Shown: positions 1-20,934, counted from the first letter of the stretch. The stretch is DNA of 64,000 bases from Chrysomallon squamiferum (GCA_012295275.1 CM022666.1:10540001-10604000), one strand, 5' to 3'. Numbers and translations are program-made. Notes: generated by a model from the letters alone, not told the origin.

Positions 1-2507
1 TACGAGTTTTGTATCTTTATGTAATGAAGAATGCCAAACTGAATTTGTCAGAAAATTCCATTATACTTGGTTTTCTTGATATTTCAAAACAATTCTAATC
101 AACAGGTATATAATAATTTAGGATTATTAATGTTTTGTATCTATTTCAGTTTGATGTGAAACAGTAATGATATATGGACTGACATAACAATGCAAACAGA
201 ATATAAAAATTAACAATCTGAAATGTACTGTTAAAATAATATCTACAGAATGCACAAAGCACTATTGAAGGCAGCAATTAAAAAATTTATACACAACAAG
301 ATTTGAAAATAATGTTGAGTTTACTGCACAAAAACAAGACTTACCTCAGGAAAAAAAAAAATAAGAGAAAGAAAAAGATGGTATTAATTGAATTATATCA
401 TATTTGCTCATGCATACTGGAAATAGAGGGATTAATGAAAGAAAAGGAAATGTTTAAAATATCAGAAAATGGTACAGATAAATATTGTTATCATAGCAGC
501 TACCACATTTGATTAATGATAAGACAAATCTATATATACAGATAATTTCTATACTCAGACATGTAGAAGATGAAATAAACTTAGGCTATCTCTGTAATTT
601 GTTGTGAGATTTCATAATTAATTCACACTATTGCTTCTGTCTAAGCTAAACCCATTTAATTTAATGAAATATAAACAGCATTTATCTTAATAATAAAAAA
701 AATAATTTCAAAACATAAAAAAAAAAAAAAAATGAAATAATAAATAACAATAACAATAAATTTCAAAAATCACAATCACAAAAGTTACAAAAACGGATAA
801 AAAAAGAGAAATGAGTTACTGCAAAAGAAAAATTATTAGCTTTAAATGTCAAAAAAAAGAAAAAAAAAATCACAAATAGGGGAAAAAAGAGAAAAGAAAT
901 GTACATATGCAAATCTCAACCTCTTGAGATTCTATCATTTTACTTTCATTATAGCTGCTAACACAGTTCTATTCAGAATTATAAATCTGTATATACTTGA
1001 TCTGCATCAATATTTCATAATCATTATCAATTTATTTTAACTTTAGACCAATAAATCTCTAATGACACTGACTTCTAACATTTAGTTTAAAGAACAGTTA
1101 ATCATCAGTTACCATTAACATTATATTATGAAACTGGCACACTTTTTGAAATAAAACTTCCATGTGAAGACATAAAACAAATTGAGGACCATGATGCAAA
1201 CTTTACACTGGCATAAATAATGCCATTACAACAACAATCTTCCACTTGTACTGTGAAAGACACTGACCATGTATTTTTCTTAATACTGACATTTCAGAAA
1301 CAAACTAACAGCCCATTTAGAAAAATCATTTATATTACTCAAAAGTAATAATTAATTTATTCTGTCAATTACTGTTATGCTCTGTAATTAACATTATTTG
1401 CATTTTAAAATCAGTTATGTTCAGTAAAAATGAAAACTGTTCACAGCAGTTGAAATGTGTTTAATATGAAGTGCAGGTGGCAAAGATGAAAATGAAACAA
1501 ACACTGTTTTGAAGATTAAACAAGAAGAAATCCACTGATGTCATTGTAACAAATATTATACAGCTTGAATGAAGTTATATATAAGAAAAACAGAGTTACT
1601 AAACTTAGATGTATGAAATTTTTTATTCTTTATATATTAATATTAAATCAGCTATTTATAAGAGCTGTTATATGTATGAACATATCCATGGAAAACAGAT
1701 TTGTAGAGCTCCAACTTTAAACCAGCTGCTGTTTATTCAACAACTACAGCATGGACACTATTAGACAAATGAATTTCTTTAAGTTAAACAGAGTTATAGA
1801 ACTTAGATAATTTTCACTCAGACAGCACTGAGACAATCATAGTTGAACATGTTGCATATTGTTAATGAACTTATATAATAATCCATCCAGTTGTATGGAT
1901 AATACCCTATATCAATCCAAAAAACAGAACAAAAATTTCGAACTTATGCTGGACATCAAAACAGGAATAACTTTTAAGAAACTGCCATTAAGTTAGGTTA
2001 ATATGAAAAATAAGAAGACAATTTGAATCTGAAAACAGAAAAAGAAAAAAAAAAGAATTTTTTTATATATATATATATATAATTATCCCACCCCCACAAA
2101 TATGTTATAAATTAAATAAATTCCAAAAATAATAAAAATAAACAGGAAATTTAAAAGTATTATAATTTTGTAAGAACTTAATTAGCTGAATTAAAGTTTT
2201 AATAAAATCTTTCTCTTAAAGATTTGTTCTGATAATGTAGAGATGCATACTGCTGAACAACCTGTATTTATATTCTAGAATGAAATGAGCTAAAATAAAA
2301 GTTAAAATATAACAGTAAAAAATACAACCTCAGATCTAAAACATTTGAATAGAATGATGAGAAAAGCAATATTTAAGAATAAATTGCTTTTTACTCCACA
2401 GCTGTAAGATCTGAGAAATGATTTCTGAATTATTTGTTTTTATATTTTTCTCAAACAAAAGGCATGACTTGTGAATTCTCACACAAACGTAGATGTAGAA
2501 GGTCTAC

Positions 2508-3973
2508 TCAGATGTCTGCTGGCATTGTAAAAGGCTTAATCAAGTATAGTTTCTCAGAGTCCTGTTTAAAAATAGGGTGTTTTTTATAATGGTCTATCAA
2601 GTCCTCCACTGATGTAAATTTTTGTTGTCCAATACCATACACTCCATCACTGACATTCACTCTAAAATGTTTGTTTCTGTTTGGTGCTTTCAGAACAACT
2701 GTATAATGACCAGCCTGAAAAACAAACCATCTAGTTAATTTATTATTTATAATAAAATAAAATAAAATAAAATGAATGAAAACTGAAAATGTTGAACTAG
2801 ATTATAGAATCACGATTTTCTGACATATGTAAGATGTTGACTAAAATGATTTCTAAATATTATTTACATTTTTTGATGATTCAACTTAAAATTGTGGACT
2901 TTTATTTTATATATTTTTTTGTCTTGAGGATATAAATTTAAACAACATTTTCCTACCGTTGATTCACTGTCTCTGATTAGAAAATCACCATTTTCTGCAT
3001 GTTTAGATAACAGCTCCTCACATTGCTGTCGATTGATTTTGCCAAAATACCAGTCTCTGTCTGACAGTGGGCCTGACACATTGAATTGTCTCCGACCTCC
3101 AGACAAGCCTGCAGACATGCCTACAGATGATGCATTAGACAGACTACTGGTTGACTGAGATGGTGGTGTATTGCTGGTGTTGTTAGAGCCTATACTGGTA
3201 GTTCTGTCACCTTCATCGACAGTCTGCATATAGTTTCTGGGTACAAGTCCTATATCACCACTGCTGTTACGTGCCGACCACCATTCTGGGTCCTCCACTG
3301 GTTTGTTTATGATCTCTAACCTCTGACCTTTCTCAAAACTTAACTCCTCCTCATTTTTCCCTGAAAATGGATATAGTGCAATCACAACTTCTAGACAATC
3401 ATTCATCATGGCATCTGCACCAGCTGCAGTGCAGTAGTCATTTTCTAAGTCAACTGTAACATAATTTGAAGGAAACCAGCCAATACTGTCATTGTTTTTC
3501 TGACCCTTCCACCAGCCATCATTGGATTTTTCTAACACAAGAATCCTCTCTCCTTTAACTAATGAAACTTCATCTTCTCGTTCAGCTGTGTAGTTGTACT
3601 TTGCTGTGGCTGGTGTAGCTTGAGAACAGATCTGAATATTACTGGGCAGGTTTGAATGCAAGTTACGCATCCGTGCTTCTCCATTAACACTGCGAGACGA
3701 AGCAGGTGATGCACAGGCCGATGAATTTTTGGCATCACTTTTTTTACGACCAAGTGTATTTCTAAGACTTGATAAAATGGAAGCTTTTGGTTTTGAACGT
3801 TTGACAAAATTGGAAGGCACAAAACCTGACTTATGTGATGTGTTTTGAACTTTCCACCAGTCTTTGCTGTCATCCAGCAAAACCAATCGCTCATTCTTCT
3901 TTATATTCAGTTCCTGATTGTTCTCAGCATGATAGTCATACTTGGCAATGACCACCACTGGCTCCTCCATCAT
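2508..3973 (-). CDS. NCK: Nck/Dock cytoplasmic adaptor (3x SH3 + C-terminal SH2), 407 aa, two coding exons
   Basis: Exon 3973-2957 encodes three SH3 domains (AKYDY..WW..GFVPSNF; AKYNY..DGWW..GWFPSNY; ALYPF..PEWW..GLVPRNY) and the SH2 start ([16 protein letters not shown]). It ends ACG|GTAGGA (phase 0). Exon 2714-2508 follows tttcag| and reads [19 protein letters not shown]...[11 protein letters not shown]...[14 protein letters not shown]. An upstream acceptor tgtag| at 3996 implies a non-coding first exon. Confidence 0.96.
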
Positions 3974-6648
3974 GAAGCTTTAGCAACCATTACACCTACA
4001 ACAAAAAAGCACGAATGAGTGCATGAACATGTAATAACAATTCAGCTGGGTTTTTTTATACTGATATTAAACCTTTTGTATTAATACATGTGATATTTAA
4101 GAGAAATCCCATAGCCAAAGAAATAAATGATTATATTACAGCTAAGTTATATACTTATAGTAATGTAATAAACATTAATATATGTACTTCTGACATTAAG
4201 AAAAAAATTCCAAAAATAAAAACGAAGAGTTGTTTGCATTGTTTCTAAATACAATTCTGAATATAATAATAAAAAAGTAAAAATAATTTAGTCTACTCTT
4301 GCTCATTTAGTAGATTTACACTGATATTGCAAAAAAAAAAAAAAAAAAAAAAAGAAAAGATTGAAAGAATTATATGTAAGTTTGTGTATGTATAATCATG
4401 CACACACACACAGATAGACATGCAAATACATACATATGCATACTGCTGTCATACATATCTATATGAAAAATATGCAATAATAAATGTTATATCTCAACTC
4501 TTTAGACTGAAAACATTTAACAAGGCGAGATATCTAAATAGAGAATGTTTTGAAACCATTCAAACAGCATTAAGCAATTTTCAAACAAGAAAATGAACTA
4601 CATCATTTAACCTGTTACAAATATGTACAATGAGAAGATGATGATAGTTTAGTTCAATACTAGTGATAGAAAAACTGTTAACCCTGTCACCAGTTGTTGG
4701 TTCATTTGAAAACAAGTGATGTGAAATGTTAACCCTGGCACTTGAAATCAAGCAGTCAGTTTGTAAAGGCAGGTAAAGCACTAAGTGTTTGTACAGACAG
4801 TGTAAAGATAAATCTAAATATTTGTAATGTCTCGGTATATGAAAGAGAGGTAGAAAGAATCAGACACCTGTTGTGATCACTTCCCATCCTAAATCTTGCA
4901 ACAAGCTTAAGCAAAAATTAAAATGTTATGATTAAAGACACCACTAGAGTGTACAGTTAATTTTCTGCTGTTGGGTTTTACGTATTTGTAATTTGAATAT
5001 AAATCTTAGGGATTCTGTAATGTTTTCTTATACGTACTGGGTTTCTTTAATATCAAATAAGTAACTATGTATTCATGGCTTTTAAGGTATGTTGTGGGTT
5101 AGTGGGTAAGACAGAGGAGAGTTTGACTGACATAGGACATATTATAAATTAACTCTTGCACCACTCACCCATTCAAACATATAAATCTTTTAATACTAAG
5201 TTACTACTCCTTTAGCAATCTTATGAAATGTGTTATCATTCTCAATTTTTATTTTCATATCAGCAATGATAAGTAAGTGTTTCAAATTTACAGTATAGTA
5301 GTAAATAAAATTTGAATAAAGGAAGTGAAACTATTACAGACATGGGTAAAATATCTAACCACTGCTTGTAAAAGCTAACTTGAAATGTGGATAGTCATTT
5401 TTATTTAGACAAAGTGCTAAAAAATGACAAATAAAAAAATAATAATAATAAACAATGAATGTCTGTTATGGTTAAGTAATAAAAAATACTATGGAAATGA
5501 CAATGTGAAGCCTTGGAATGTAATAAGAAAGATAGAAATGTCATAATTATCAGTAATTACAAATTAACCAAATTTCCTGTTTTTAGAACACCCTTCACAG
5601 TCAAGTAAAATATAATTAAGTAAGTAATATTAACATGTTGCACATAGTTTTATATACTTACCTAATGTTAATTTGATATACAATTGATTGCAAGTACTCA
5701 TTTATACCAAGTAGAGAGATAGACTTGGATTCAAGGTTTGTGATAAGGGCTAAATCCCGGATGCATGCCAACTGACCTACACTGAACTAAAGATAATATT
5801 ATCTCTTCTCCACTCCCTTATCTAGAGTGTGTTCTTCTAGTGTGAAAACTCTTTTAACTTAGTTACTTTCAAGGCTTTCTTAATGTTCTGTGATAGTATG
5901 TGAATTATCTAGTGAAAGTCCTCCTCCAACTCTGTAAATCCTATGTTTATATTACGTTGTAAGAATGTTCCTTCCATTTTGTAAATATTCTCTCCTTTTA
6001 TTATCCATTTTGTAATTAGTCCAAACCTTTTTAAAAAAATTCCCTCTTATGTATTGTAAGTGCATCTTTTTTTATAATAAGTTGTAAATATATTCCTCTG
6101 GGTTATGTTATGGTATAAACATATTTTTCTTTTGTTTATGTTTTGTAAACATATTCCTTCTCCTACATTGAAAATATGTATCTTTTGGTTATGATGTTTT
6201 AACAGAACGTATTCCCACTTATGACAACCCATTCTTTCCTTCTGTTTTTTGTTTTAAGCATAACCCTTATCTCTCTGTTAGTTGTAAACAATGCCTTCCC
6301 CATATTTATGCTTTTTATGGTTGGTTTTGTAAAGTATTTCCTTTATCCACACTCTTTACAATTTGTAAAAAACAGACATCCCCTTTCTTTTGCTGTGAAC
6401 ATGAAACTAACAGTCATATTTACATCCAGAAAATACTAAATTTAAAACTGTTGATTATATTAATATAAAACACCATGATTTCTATTATTTTGCTAAAGAT
6501 TACATTTATATAACTTCAGTCTAATTCATTTATCCAACAGTCTGCTGAGAACATAATAAACGTATAAATGTAAAATTATCACATACAAAAACACATCAGA
6601 ACTGTAATATGTATGTATGTATGTTATAAACAATATAAAAAGTTATGC

Positions 6649-6684
<36 letters not shown>

Positions 6685-9600
6685 CACACACAAAAAACAA
6701 CTTCAGGGCAAATAAAAATATGTGGACAATGTCTAAAAGTGTGCAGTGTAAATAAATTAGATGGAATACAGCTGTTACTGCAAATTAGAAAAATAAAACA
6801 AAAATAAATACCAAAATTTTTTTGTTGTTGTTGTAATGAAAATTAGAAGTAACAGGTGCTACAAATATTTCCGTTACAGAGAATATATGCAAATCAGAAA
6901 ATGAAAAACATCTGACAAAGATGTACACTCTTTGCAATAAATACAGTCTCACAGTCTTAATAATAAGTTTGTTATTCAGTGTCTGGCATTTAGCTAAATT
7001 AAGAGTTGATACGGCTCATATAAATGTAAGCCTTGTATAGATCAGAAAAATTGAATATGTGAAAATGACTTATAACCCTCTGAGTCATAATGTCATACTT
7101 ACTGAAGATTCAGTAATATTAATCAACTCAAAACTTTCTAAATAAATGTAAGAGTACATATGATTTTGAGAAGTAAAAGAATGTTTTGTTAAATAAATGT
7201 TAAATATTGTCCCACATATATCTGAACAGCAGGAAGAAATCTTCATAAAAGATTTTTCATGAAAAAAAAAAGAAAAGAAAAGAAGATATGTCAGTTACAG
7301 AGAACTAAATAAAAACACAAAACAGTCTACTGAGACCCCTGATGGAGAATGAATTTTGTGAGTTGTAGTTTATACTCCTAACAGATGTCAGATTAAATCA
7401 GTGGTAAAATGCTGACTAGAGTTCAGTAATATAGAGAAATACTATTCACAACTTACAGAGAGATGTGCCTGGTGTTTTCCTCTTTATATTTTGCTGCCTT
7501 TTTTCTATTTTTAATCTAAATATCATCTTTAAACTTGGATCCAATTTAATGATACCACTCATAGCACCAATCCTTTTTCAGAAATATCTGTCCAAAATAT
7601 AAATGTTATTTCTGAATTGGAATTTAATAAATATGTCAACAAGTAGCCAAATGCTAAATAATTTTGTGTAATTGTATAGCAGTAACCTATAATTTGTGTG
7701 ATATTATTTGTAATAGTTCAATCATAACATTTCAGATATAAATTTTGTGCACTGTGTATGGATAAAAGGTGTTTTGGTAACTGATACACAAAGATTTGTT
7801 ATTATTATTATGTTTTTAATAAAGACAACATGTTTTGAAGATAACTATTACTTCTTATCCTAATTTTACATTAGTAAATGAAATTATGTGCATACATACA
7901 CATACACACAATCTTATAACCAAATATTTACACTGAGTAGATTAACATGTACATATAACATATATGTATGTTTTAGAAAATCGGAAATGTATTTGCCTTT
8001 ATCATAGTTTATGAGGATAAAGAATAAACTGTATTATGTGCTTGAATTATTCGAGCAATTACAAAATTTATTCTATATTTAAAATTATTATTTCATCATG
8101 TAGCATCATATCTAAAATATGGAAGAATAAAGTAATAATAAAAAAATAATTCTCCCAGAAAACCCCCAAATTCAACAAAAATTTAAAAAAAAAGAGAAAA
8201 ATATAGCTCATATTTTTTTTAAGAAATTAATATTAAAAAAAATACTTATGAGAAGAAATTCTTTATCTGATAACATAGAGAATATATTTTTACACGATAT
8301 CATGCTTAAAATTAATCATTAGGGATAAAAGAATGATAGAAAAGTTTTCTGGTGCTACCAATATTTTTTTATAACTACCTTATCACAGAAAGGAGAGCAC
8401 ATACAAGATCTTTGAAAAACTGTAGAGTAGCATAACCAAGGAAATCTGACCCTCTGACCAGTCATAATTCCTCAAGCTTGTACCATTAAATCTGAACCTG
8501 CCCTTAGAAAATAACAGGATTATAGAAACCAGTAACACAGTGAATGATATTATAAATTGTCAGAATATATATAACTGTGAAACTGTCAACAATTGGCAGA
8601 TTAAAATTAGTCAAAGTGTAAAATGATCAAGTATAAGAAGCAGGTCGGACAATTTCCTCAGATGAAAAGCACAGAGACTGAAGAGGAAACCACTTGTTAG
8701 ATAGTCTTGTTCTATTTGCTATTAATAGCCAGCCTGCTTTCCAGTCCCAGAAACTCAAAAATATAGCAGCTAAAGGCGAGTCATCAAAATGAGATATACA
8801 CCTTTATAGCTGTGAGGTAGTGACAGATTGTTTTACATTTTGAATCCGAATATAAAAAGCATAATTTCTCTAACACATCATCATTATAAAGATAATAATA
8901 TAAACTAATACTTCACACACAATAGGCCTAATTACAGTTCATTTAGGTTATTACCTGAGTTTATAAGCCAATTATACAAACAGGAGTTTAAAATTAAATT
9001 GGCAGCCAGCTTGATCTCTGTCTACTGTAAATTTAAGTTGGCTACCTTTCTCTCAACAATTAATATATATATTGTTATTTTTATCTCCAAAGATAAAAGA
9101 TTAAAATGATTTTACACACACACACACACACACCTATACACATACACATATATTCTTTGAATGGAATAGTGTCAGTTAAAATGAAGGAACAATGCTCAAC
9201 AAAAAGCTGGATGAGAAATTAATCAGTATAAAACTACTGAGCGAAAATTTGTCAAAGTCGAATGAGAAGTTGAATGGAATAGTGTCAAATCAAATATAGT
9301 TAAGCAAAAAGTCAACAATCAGTCTCATCCAAACTATTTTTTTTTTTTTTTCTCAAACTTTGAATTACATTAAAAGAATTCTGTGAGATCTTTCAAACCC
9401 CTTTGCTTATACATATAGTGCAACATATTAGTCAATATGAAAATAAAAAGGTATATATAAATATTTACATCCCATTTTTTTTATATTTTAGCTGCCTTTG
9501 GGTATATATGAGTACATTAGATATATTTTGGTATTACTTTTTAAAATCTTTTTAAAATAATATAATTTAAAAGCCCAGAACCATAATGAAAAGTATAAAA

Positions 9601-11168
9601 ATGTAAAACATTTTTGATTAAAAATAAATGTTCTTAGTTTAAAAATATAATCAATGTAGAACAATATTCCTCGCCAACTGCCATGTTTGGTTGTGTTTTG
9701 TTGTGGGTCCACTTGCAGTTGCTGATAGTCTAATCTGTCAGTTGCCAATTTGTGGAGCTAAATTTGACAATTATGCTTGATTACATGTCATCAGTTTGGT
9801 AATTTTTGTTTGACAATGTGTATTTATTTTGGCTAAGAAACAATTTGGTTTTAACATATCTGGACAAGTTGCCAATAGTGTAATTAACCAAGCATTTATA
9901 CTCATATATATATATGTATATGTATGCAAATTTTCACAATCAAATGTAAATTAACAAATAAAAATTCTCAATACCCATAAGATACAGATAACTGTTTGGA
10001 AGCAGTGTTAATGGTACCTCAACAATATTTTTTATCAGTATTTAGGAGGCTAAAAGTATTCCCAATTTTTACTTTTTCTTTGGGATTCCATAAATTATTT
10101 TGTTATTACTGCCATAAATCCTATATATTTTAACAGTAAAATCTGCCCAGTTTCCAAACGATTAAGAGAAGTAGAATTTTTAGCAAGAATTACACTTTAA
10201 TATGATTGGTTGCTTAGCTGCACTTAATGTCAGCTTACCTCACCATTCAGAAAAATGGCGAGTACTGCCATTTAACAGCATAATTATAAATATAGTAGAA
10301 GTCAGTAAAATCCAGCTACTGTAATTTATTTTTGGACTGGTGATAACGTGTTATAATACTTCATAGATTATGCAGTGTATCAGTCTATTAACCTAGAATT
10401 GCTTAATGGTATCTGTAATTACCAACAGATTAAAAGTTATTAGGTGATGTTTTCAAACATAATAATGATAGCAGAACAGAAAGCTGCCACTAATTACAGA
10501 CAATAAATACATGATGATATATCAGCCTATGTCGTGAAAATAGGGTAAGTTACTTTACTATTGCTATTAGTATTCATAATGTTTTCTATTTATGCTTGTT
10601 GCCCTTTACATCTGGGGTTATTTTATTTTTAGACCATAGTAATTTTCAATCAATGGCAAGACACATATCTGTACCTTAAACTCTGTCAATTTAATCAAGG
10701 CTGATAAAATTCCTACTTACAGAACTCAGAATTAGCACATTTTAACATTCACTTGTTAAAACACGACAATTATCAATAGGTAATTAAACAAACCTGGGGC
10801 TTAGCACTAAGGATTAATCATTACTGCTAAGGCTTAAAACAACCTGAAACTGATAAACTAGAAAGCCACTATTTAAAACTTCATTTCTTATACCTAGAAG
10901 TAATGTCACTTTAAGTAGTAATGTCTACAGAAAATATCATGTATTAAAATCTCACTTAAACTAATATAAAGAAAGAAAACAAAATCTGAAATGTCAGAGG
11001 TTAGCACACAAAATTCACTGTTTCTACATGAAAAATACTGCACGTACTGACAATTTCTATCTTAGATGAATGAACCCTGAATCAGCTTATTTCATTTTAT
11101 TAAAAGCAAACAAAAAGTGTATTTGTTTTAGACATGATTTTTAAATTAGTATTGTGGCTATGCAAATT

Positions 11169-11304
11169 ATTTTTATTTGTTATTATTTAAAAAAGAGAAA
11201 AAATGTAATAAATAAAATAAAGCAGTTGTTTGGGCTATTTTTATTTGTTATTATTTAAAAAAGAGAAAAAATGTAATAAATAAAATAAAGCAGTTGTTTG
11301 GGCT
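11169..11304. repeat. 68-bp tandem duplication (2 copies)
   Basis: atttttatttgttattatttaaaaaagag...gcagttgtttgggct occurs at 11169-11236 and again at 11237-11304. Confidence 0.85.
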
Positions 11305-11779
11305 TGGCTAAATTTGGGGATATTGTCATGCAGTAATTATTGTGAAAACTAAATGTGAAAATAGGTAATAATATCAACAAATACCATAGAGAGGAAACGG
11401 ATTAACAATATTCTACTTGCTAAATGTGATTTAAAAAAAAAAAAGTAAACTGTTTGGTTTAATAACATCACATTTTGTGCACTATCTCAGTGTTTGTAAA
11501 TATAAAAACTTTAAATGAAAAAATATTGTGCTGTGATATATTCTATTCCTATTACTAGCATTAGGTTTCAATTTTAGTATTATAAAAACTGAAATAGTGT
11601 AATCTGGCTTTTTTGTTTTTAATATAAATATGATAATCACTTTTGTGACAAAATTAATATAGATCCTTTAATAACATAAACTAACTATAAGAATAACTAG
11701 TACTCCAAATTTAAAACTGCAAATGTATTACTAACTGAGTAATTCTATTCATTAGATAATGAATAGATTAGTCTATTAA

Positions 11780-12250
11780 AGTCCTCTTATACCGAATTAA
11801 GTTAGCCGCCTTACAGTCTTAGCCGCCAACAGAAGTTGCGAAATCCGAGCAGTGTACACTGTTAATTAATCCGCAGCCATAACAATCGATAAATAAATGG
11901 GTATTACATATTTATGAACTACATCAAGAAAAACAAACCTAATAAACAGACTGATGACAACACACTTCTTGTTCACTTTAAATGCAATGTAAAAAGTCGA
12001 ATCCAACCTCCGAATAGTTGAATTAGTTCCGTGTTTTATGCTAAAAATAAAAATCAGTTAATTGTTATGAAACTTTCATTTATAACACTTGTTACTTCAA
12101 TGCGACCAGTATTTAACACTTATCCGGCAAAGGAATACTTTGAATGTTATAGCTATACAGATGTCACAATGTGATTACTTTATCCTTCTTTGTGGTACTC
12201 CCTCTTAGCGGCCATGTTTGACAGAAAATAGTGCAGCGGATTAATATTAC
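11780..12250 (-). promoter_or_regulatory. Probable Nck promoter / first exon region
   Basis: CpG density rises abruptly from about 11.79 kb. A YY1-like AAACATGGCCGC lies on the - strand at about 12208-12219, followed by a possible donor (aaa|GTAATC, about 12178). TTAGCCGCC occurs twice at about 11802-11827. Confidence 0.45.
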
Positions 12251-13732
12251 AAGATAACTCGTCAGTTATTCAATACAGTTTGAAAACAATTATTATATAA
12301 TTCATCAAATTACTCTAAGTATCAAGTAAATATAGATATAATCAAATATTTATTCCTAGTATAATCATGATTCTTCAATATTATTAATTAATTATTTATT
12401 TATGAGAACTACATTGTTTTGATTTTGGTAATTTGCCGGTAATAGTTTGTGATTCGAGTGATATTCCTCCAAAACTGTAAAGATCCTTTACATTTTACAA
12501 ACACATCTCAGGGTAGATGAAATGGTCCTTAGGTTTTCCTGTGCATAGCAATAGCAGCGGTAGCAGCAGCAACAACAACAACAAAATGATCATAAATTAG
12601 ACAAATATAATAAAAATAGACAGAAAAATCATTTTAAAAACAACTTTAAAAAAATAAATAAAGAACTTTCTGTATATTATATTTGGGTTGGCATTCTATC
12701 TAAACAGTTAGATATTAGATGAAACTATAATTATATGTAAAATACTTCATTTTACTTATCAATTTTTAACTCTGAAGAATAATTACATTAAGTTACATTA
12801 AAAATCAACATAAAAAATGTTAAGTATATTTTTAATTTAATTAATGTTAGAGATTAAATATAAGTAATTCAAATCGAATTTCTCAATTCAAATACGGTAT
12901 CAAACTTAAGTTTTTAATAAATAAACGAAATAAATAAACTATTAAAAGAAACATAATAACATAAATGCAAAGTCAAGTACACATTATTTGTGAGAGTTTA
13001 CCATAATAATGAGAACAAAGGTGTGAAATGTAATGTCAGGACATTTCCCCTTTCTTCTAGGTCTGGTACACTTGATTTAATCTGTGTCATGGCATTTCCT
13101 GTCGATGCGAGAAGGCATATAAAAATAACATTTATTTTATTATATAAAGAAACAATTAGTGCATGAATTAAGCCATTTCTCGTTCCAGCCAGTGCCTTGT
13201 GACTGATTTATCAAAATGTGTCCATTAGAAGGTCCTTGAAATGACGGCAGCATAATATTATCTGACTCGTTACTGTACGGTAGCCTGTGTCACCGTACTT
13301 AGCTGAAAAGTGTAATACACCATATTTCCTCCTTTATTTTGTTTTATTTTACAATTAGAAAACTGCGAACAGTGACTAGACATTTGTAGTTGAATGTCAC
13401 GACACAAATTAATGTTAACTTCAGACGTACAACTGAAGTACCTCTCTCTGTCTCTACGCACTAACACACACACACACACACTCACAGTTTAAATATACAT
13501 TAACAGATCATTATTCCCGAAACCGTAAAATATATAGAAAAAAAAAAAAAAGAAAGAAAGAAATTTTAATATTTTATTTATAATAAACATAAATCATATA
13601 ATCATCGTCCAGCTAATATTACATCACAGTATAAAATAACAAGTGTTTGTATTCTATTATTCTTTCACATGCTAGAAGTAATATTTACATAAGATGTTAA
13701 TATTGACAGAAATGTGTAGATATGAAACATGA

Positions 13733-18754
<5,022 letters not shown>

Positions 18755-20934
18755 GTTTTCTTTTCTTACTGAGGTTTTATTTTCCTGCCCAAATAAATTG
18801 AAAAACAGTTTTTAAACAACAATTTTAAAATGGCTGATTACATGTCACAACCTGTTTTAAAGACGAAACTGATAGGCACTCAACAGAGCAATAGAAAACT
18901 TCCTTGTGTATATTGGTATGTGATTTACTGTTAATAATGACTCTTTTCAATCACATGACCAATGCAGTGTACACAAAAGAACATAAGAAAATCTTATCTA
19001 TGATCGGTGTGAAAAGGTTTACTGATATTTTGTTCTGTTAAATTTATTATTATTATCGTAGTAAATAATGTTTTGAACTATTTTTTAATAACTTTTGAAA
19101 GCATTATTTATTCTGTGTTTTAGATCCTGTCTGAATAAAAAGTTTGAAGTCTTATCTTTGTGTTTATTCACGAATGTTAGGTAATATTGTGGAAAACCCC
19201 ATTTAATTTCAATCAGAAGTGTAGCCGTCACTTCGTTATGTTTTTATAAACGTGTATCGCGAACCTTTTTCATACACAACTTTTTACGCTCACGAGATTA
19301 ACTCTATGAGCTTTTCCCCTGAAAACTGACAACCTTCTAGAAACACAGTTTTATTTTTGAAGGTTTTTGTTTGTAAACAAATGATCATTATTTTCATATG
19401 GTTTCGATTTAACAGTATGAAATTACGATTTAACTGATTAAATTGATATAGGAACCGGTGACGTATACGCTTTGGCAATAATAATCCAACTGATAATAGA
19501 GTAAGTATGCTTAATTAGTGTTAGTGGGGGATAAATAAGCTTGTTTTGTTTGAAACTCGTATAAAGCCTACTACATATTTAATAAATAATAACATAGGTC
19601 ACTCAGTACAAAGTTCCTTATTCAGTCTCCTCTTTGGTTTGACATCTGCTTGATAAATCCACTCCTACGTTCAAACAGGTTCTCAGAGATATATATATTC
19701 AAAAGTTACTTCTTAAGATTATCCACGTGAAATTCAGCTTCTGCTCCCTTTACATTCACATCACCAAATTTTGAAAGTACTATTACACTGTATCCAGCTT
19801 TTGTTCATGTATATATTCTCATTGTAAAGTGCTTTGAGGAGGAAAGACTTCTCAACAAGTAATTTTTAATGTTATGTGGCCTTTACTAAACACCATGATT
19901 GTTAAAAGAAAAAAAGATGAACCTCCTAAAATTAACATTTCAGAATTTTAAATTTATATATTTTTTTATCCATCGCAAATGAATGATTTTACTTTAGTTT
20001 CTTCTATCAATATAAATAAACTTTGCACATTTATTAAAAAATTAGACTGAATATTTGCAACACACAGTATGAAATGTTATGAAATAAGCTTTGTCAGAGG
20101 TTATCGCTTCAGAACGGGCAGCTAAAAATCGAGATTTTTTTTAAAACGGCAAATATGCGCATACGGCCCCAAAAATTAAATATTAAAAGGTTCATAACTT
20201 TGGAACCATTTGACTGACAACGTTGAAACCAGGAAAAAAACCTATAACCTTATATTTTCCAAACAGAAAATTATTTCTCAATACCTATTATTACAGAATA
20301 TAGATAGATGGTGTTTATTTGAAAACTGTATTAATTAAACAACATGTCTAACACTTTTTACACTGATATTTTTCTTTCCTTCGAAACTAGTTTCATACTG
20401 AATATTATTTCTACAACTATGATAGCGATCACTGCCATTCTTTTAAGTGCGTGTGTGTGTGTATCTGTGTATGTATATTTGTGTATGTATGTATATTTTA
20501 GGCATGAAAAATGTATCAAGTTATGTATATTTATATAAATATAAAAATAAACTGAACAAACTCCTTTACACAGTATAACTGAAATGAATAATGGTGAGCT
20601 GTTTCGATAGTGATATCAAATAAAAAAAAAAAAAAAAAAAAAATGAAATAAAAATAAAAAACAACAACAAAAAAAAAAAAAAAAAAAAACAGCAAACAAT
20701 AAATATTAACATATTGATGTCAGCCTGGAATGTTATATTTCGTTAGCAAGAAAACAAACACACAAACAACAAATATAAAACTTTGGCTCTGCAAAACGTT
20801 TTTGTTCTCAATATTAGACAAATACACTGTTATGTTTTTCGGTGTAGATTTCGGTGATTGCATGTAGGAAGTGGTAATGTACAATGTTTGCCTGTGTGTC
20901 TCTTTATACGTCTATGTGTATTGTTTACCTAGAG

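Noticed and set aside
2864-2956. C-terminal tail [11 protein letters not shown]... of the 369-aa Nck ORF
   Set aside because: This is intron read-through. The SH2 domain is completed by the spliced exon 2714-2508.
9156-9290. 18-bp direct repeat ttgaatggaatagtgtca about 113 bp apart in the Nck intron
   Set aside because: Only two copies with no other structure, most likely a small local duplication or repeat remnant.
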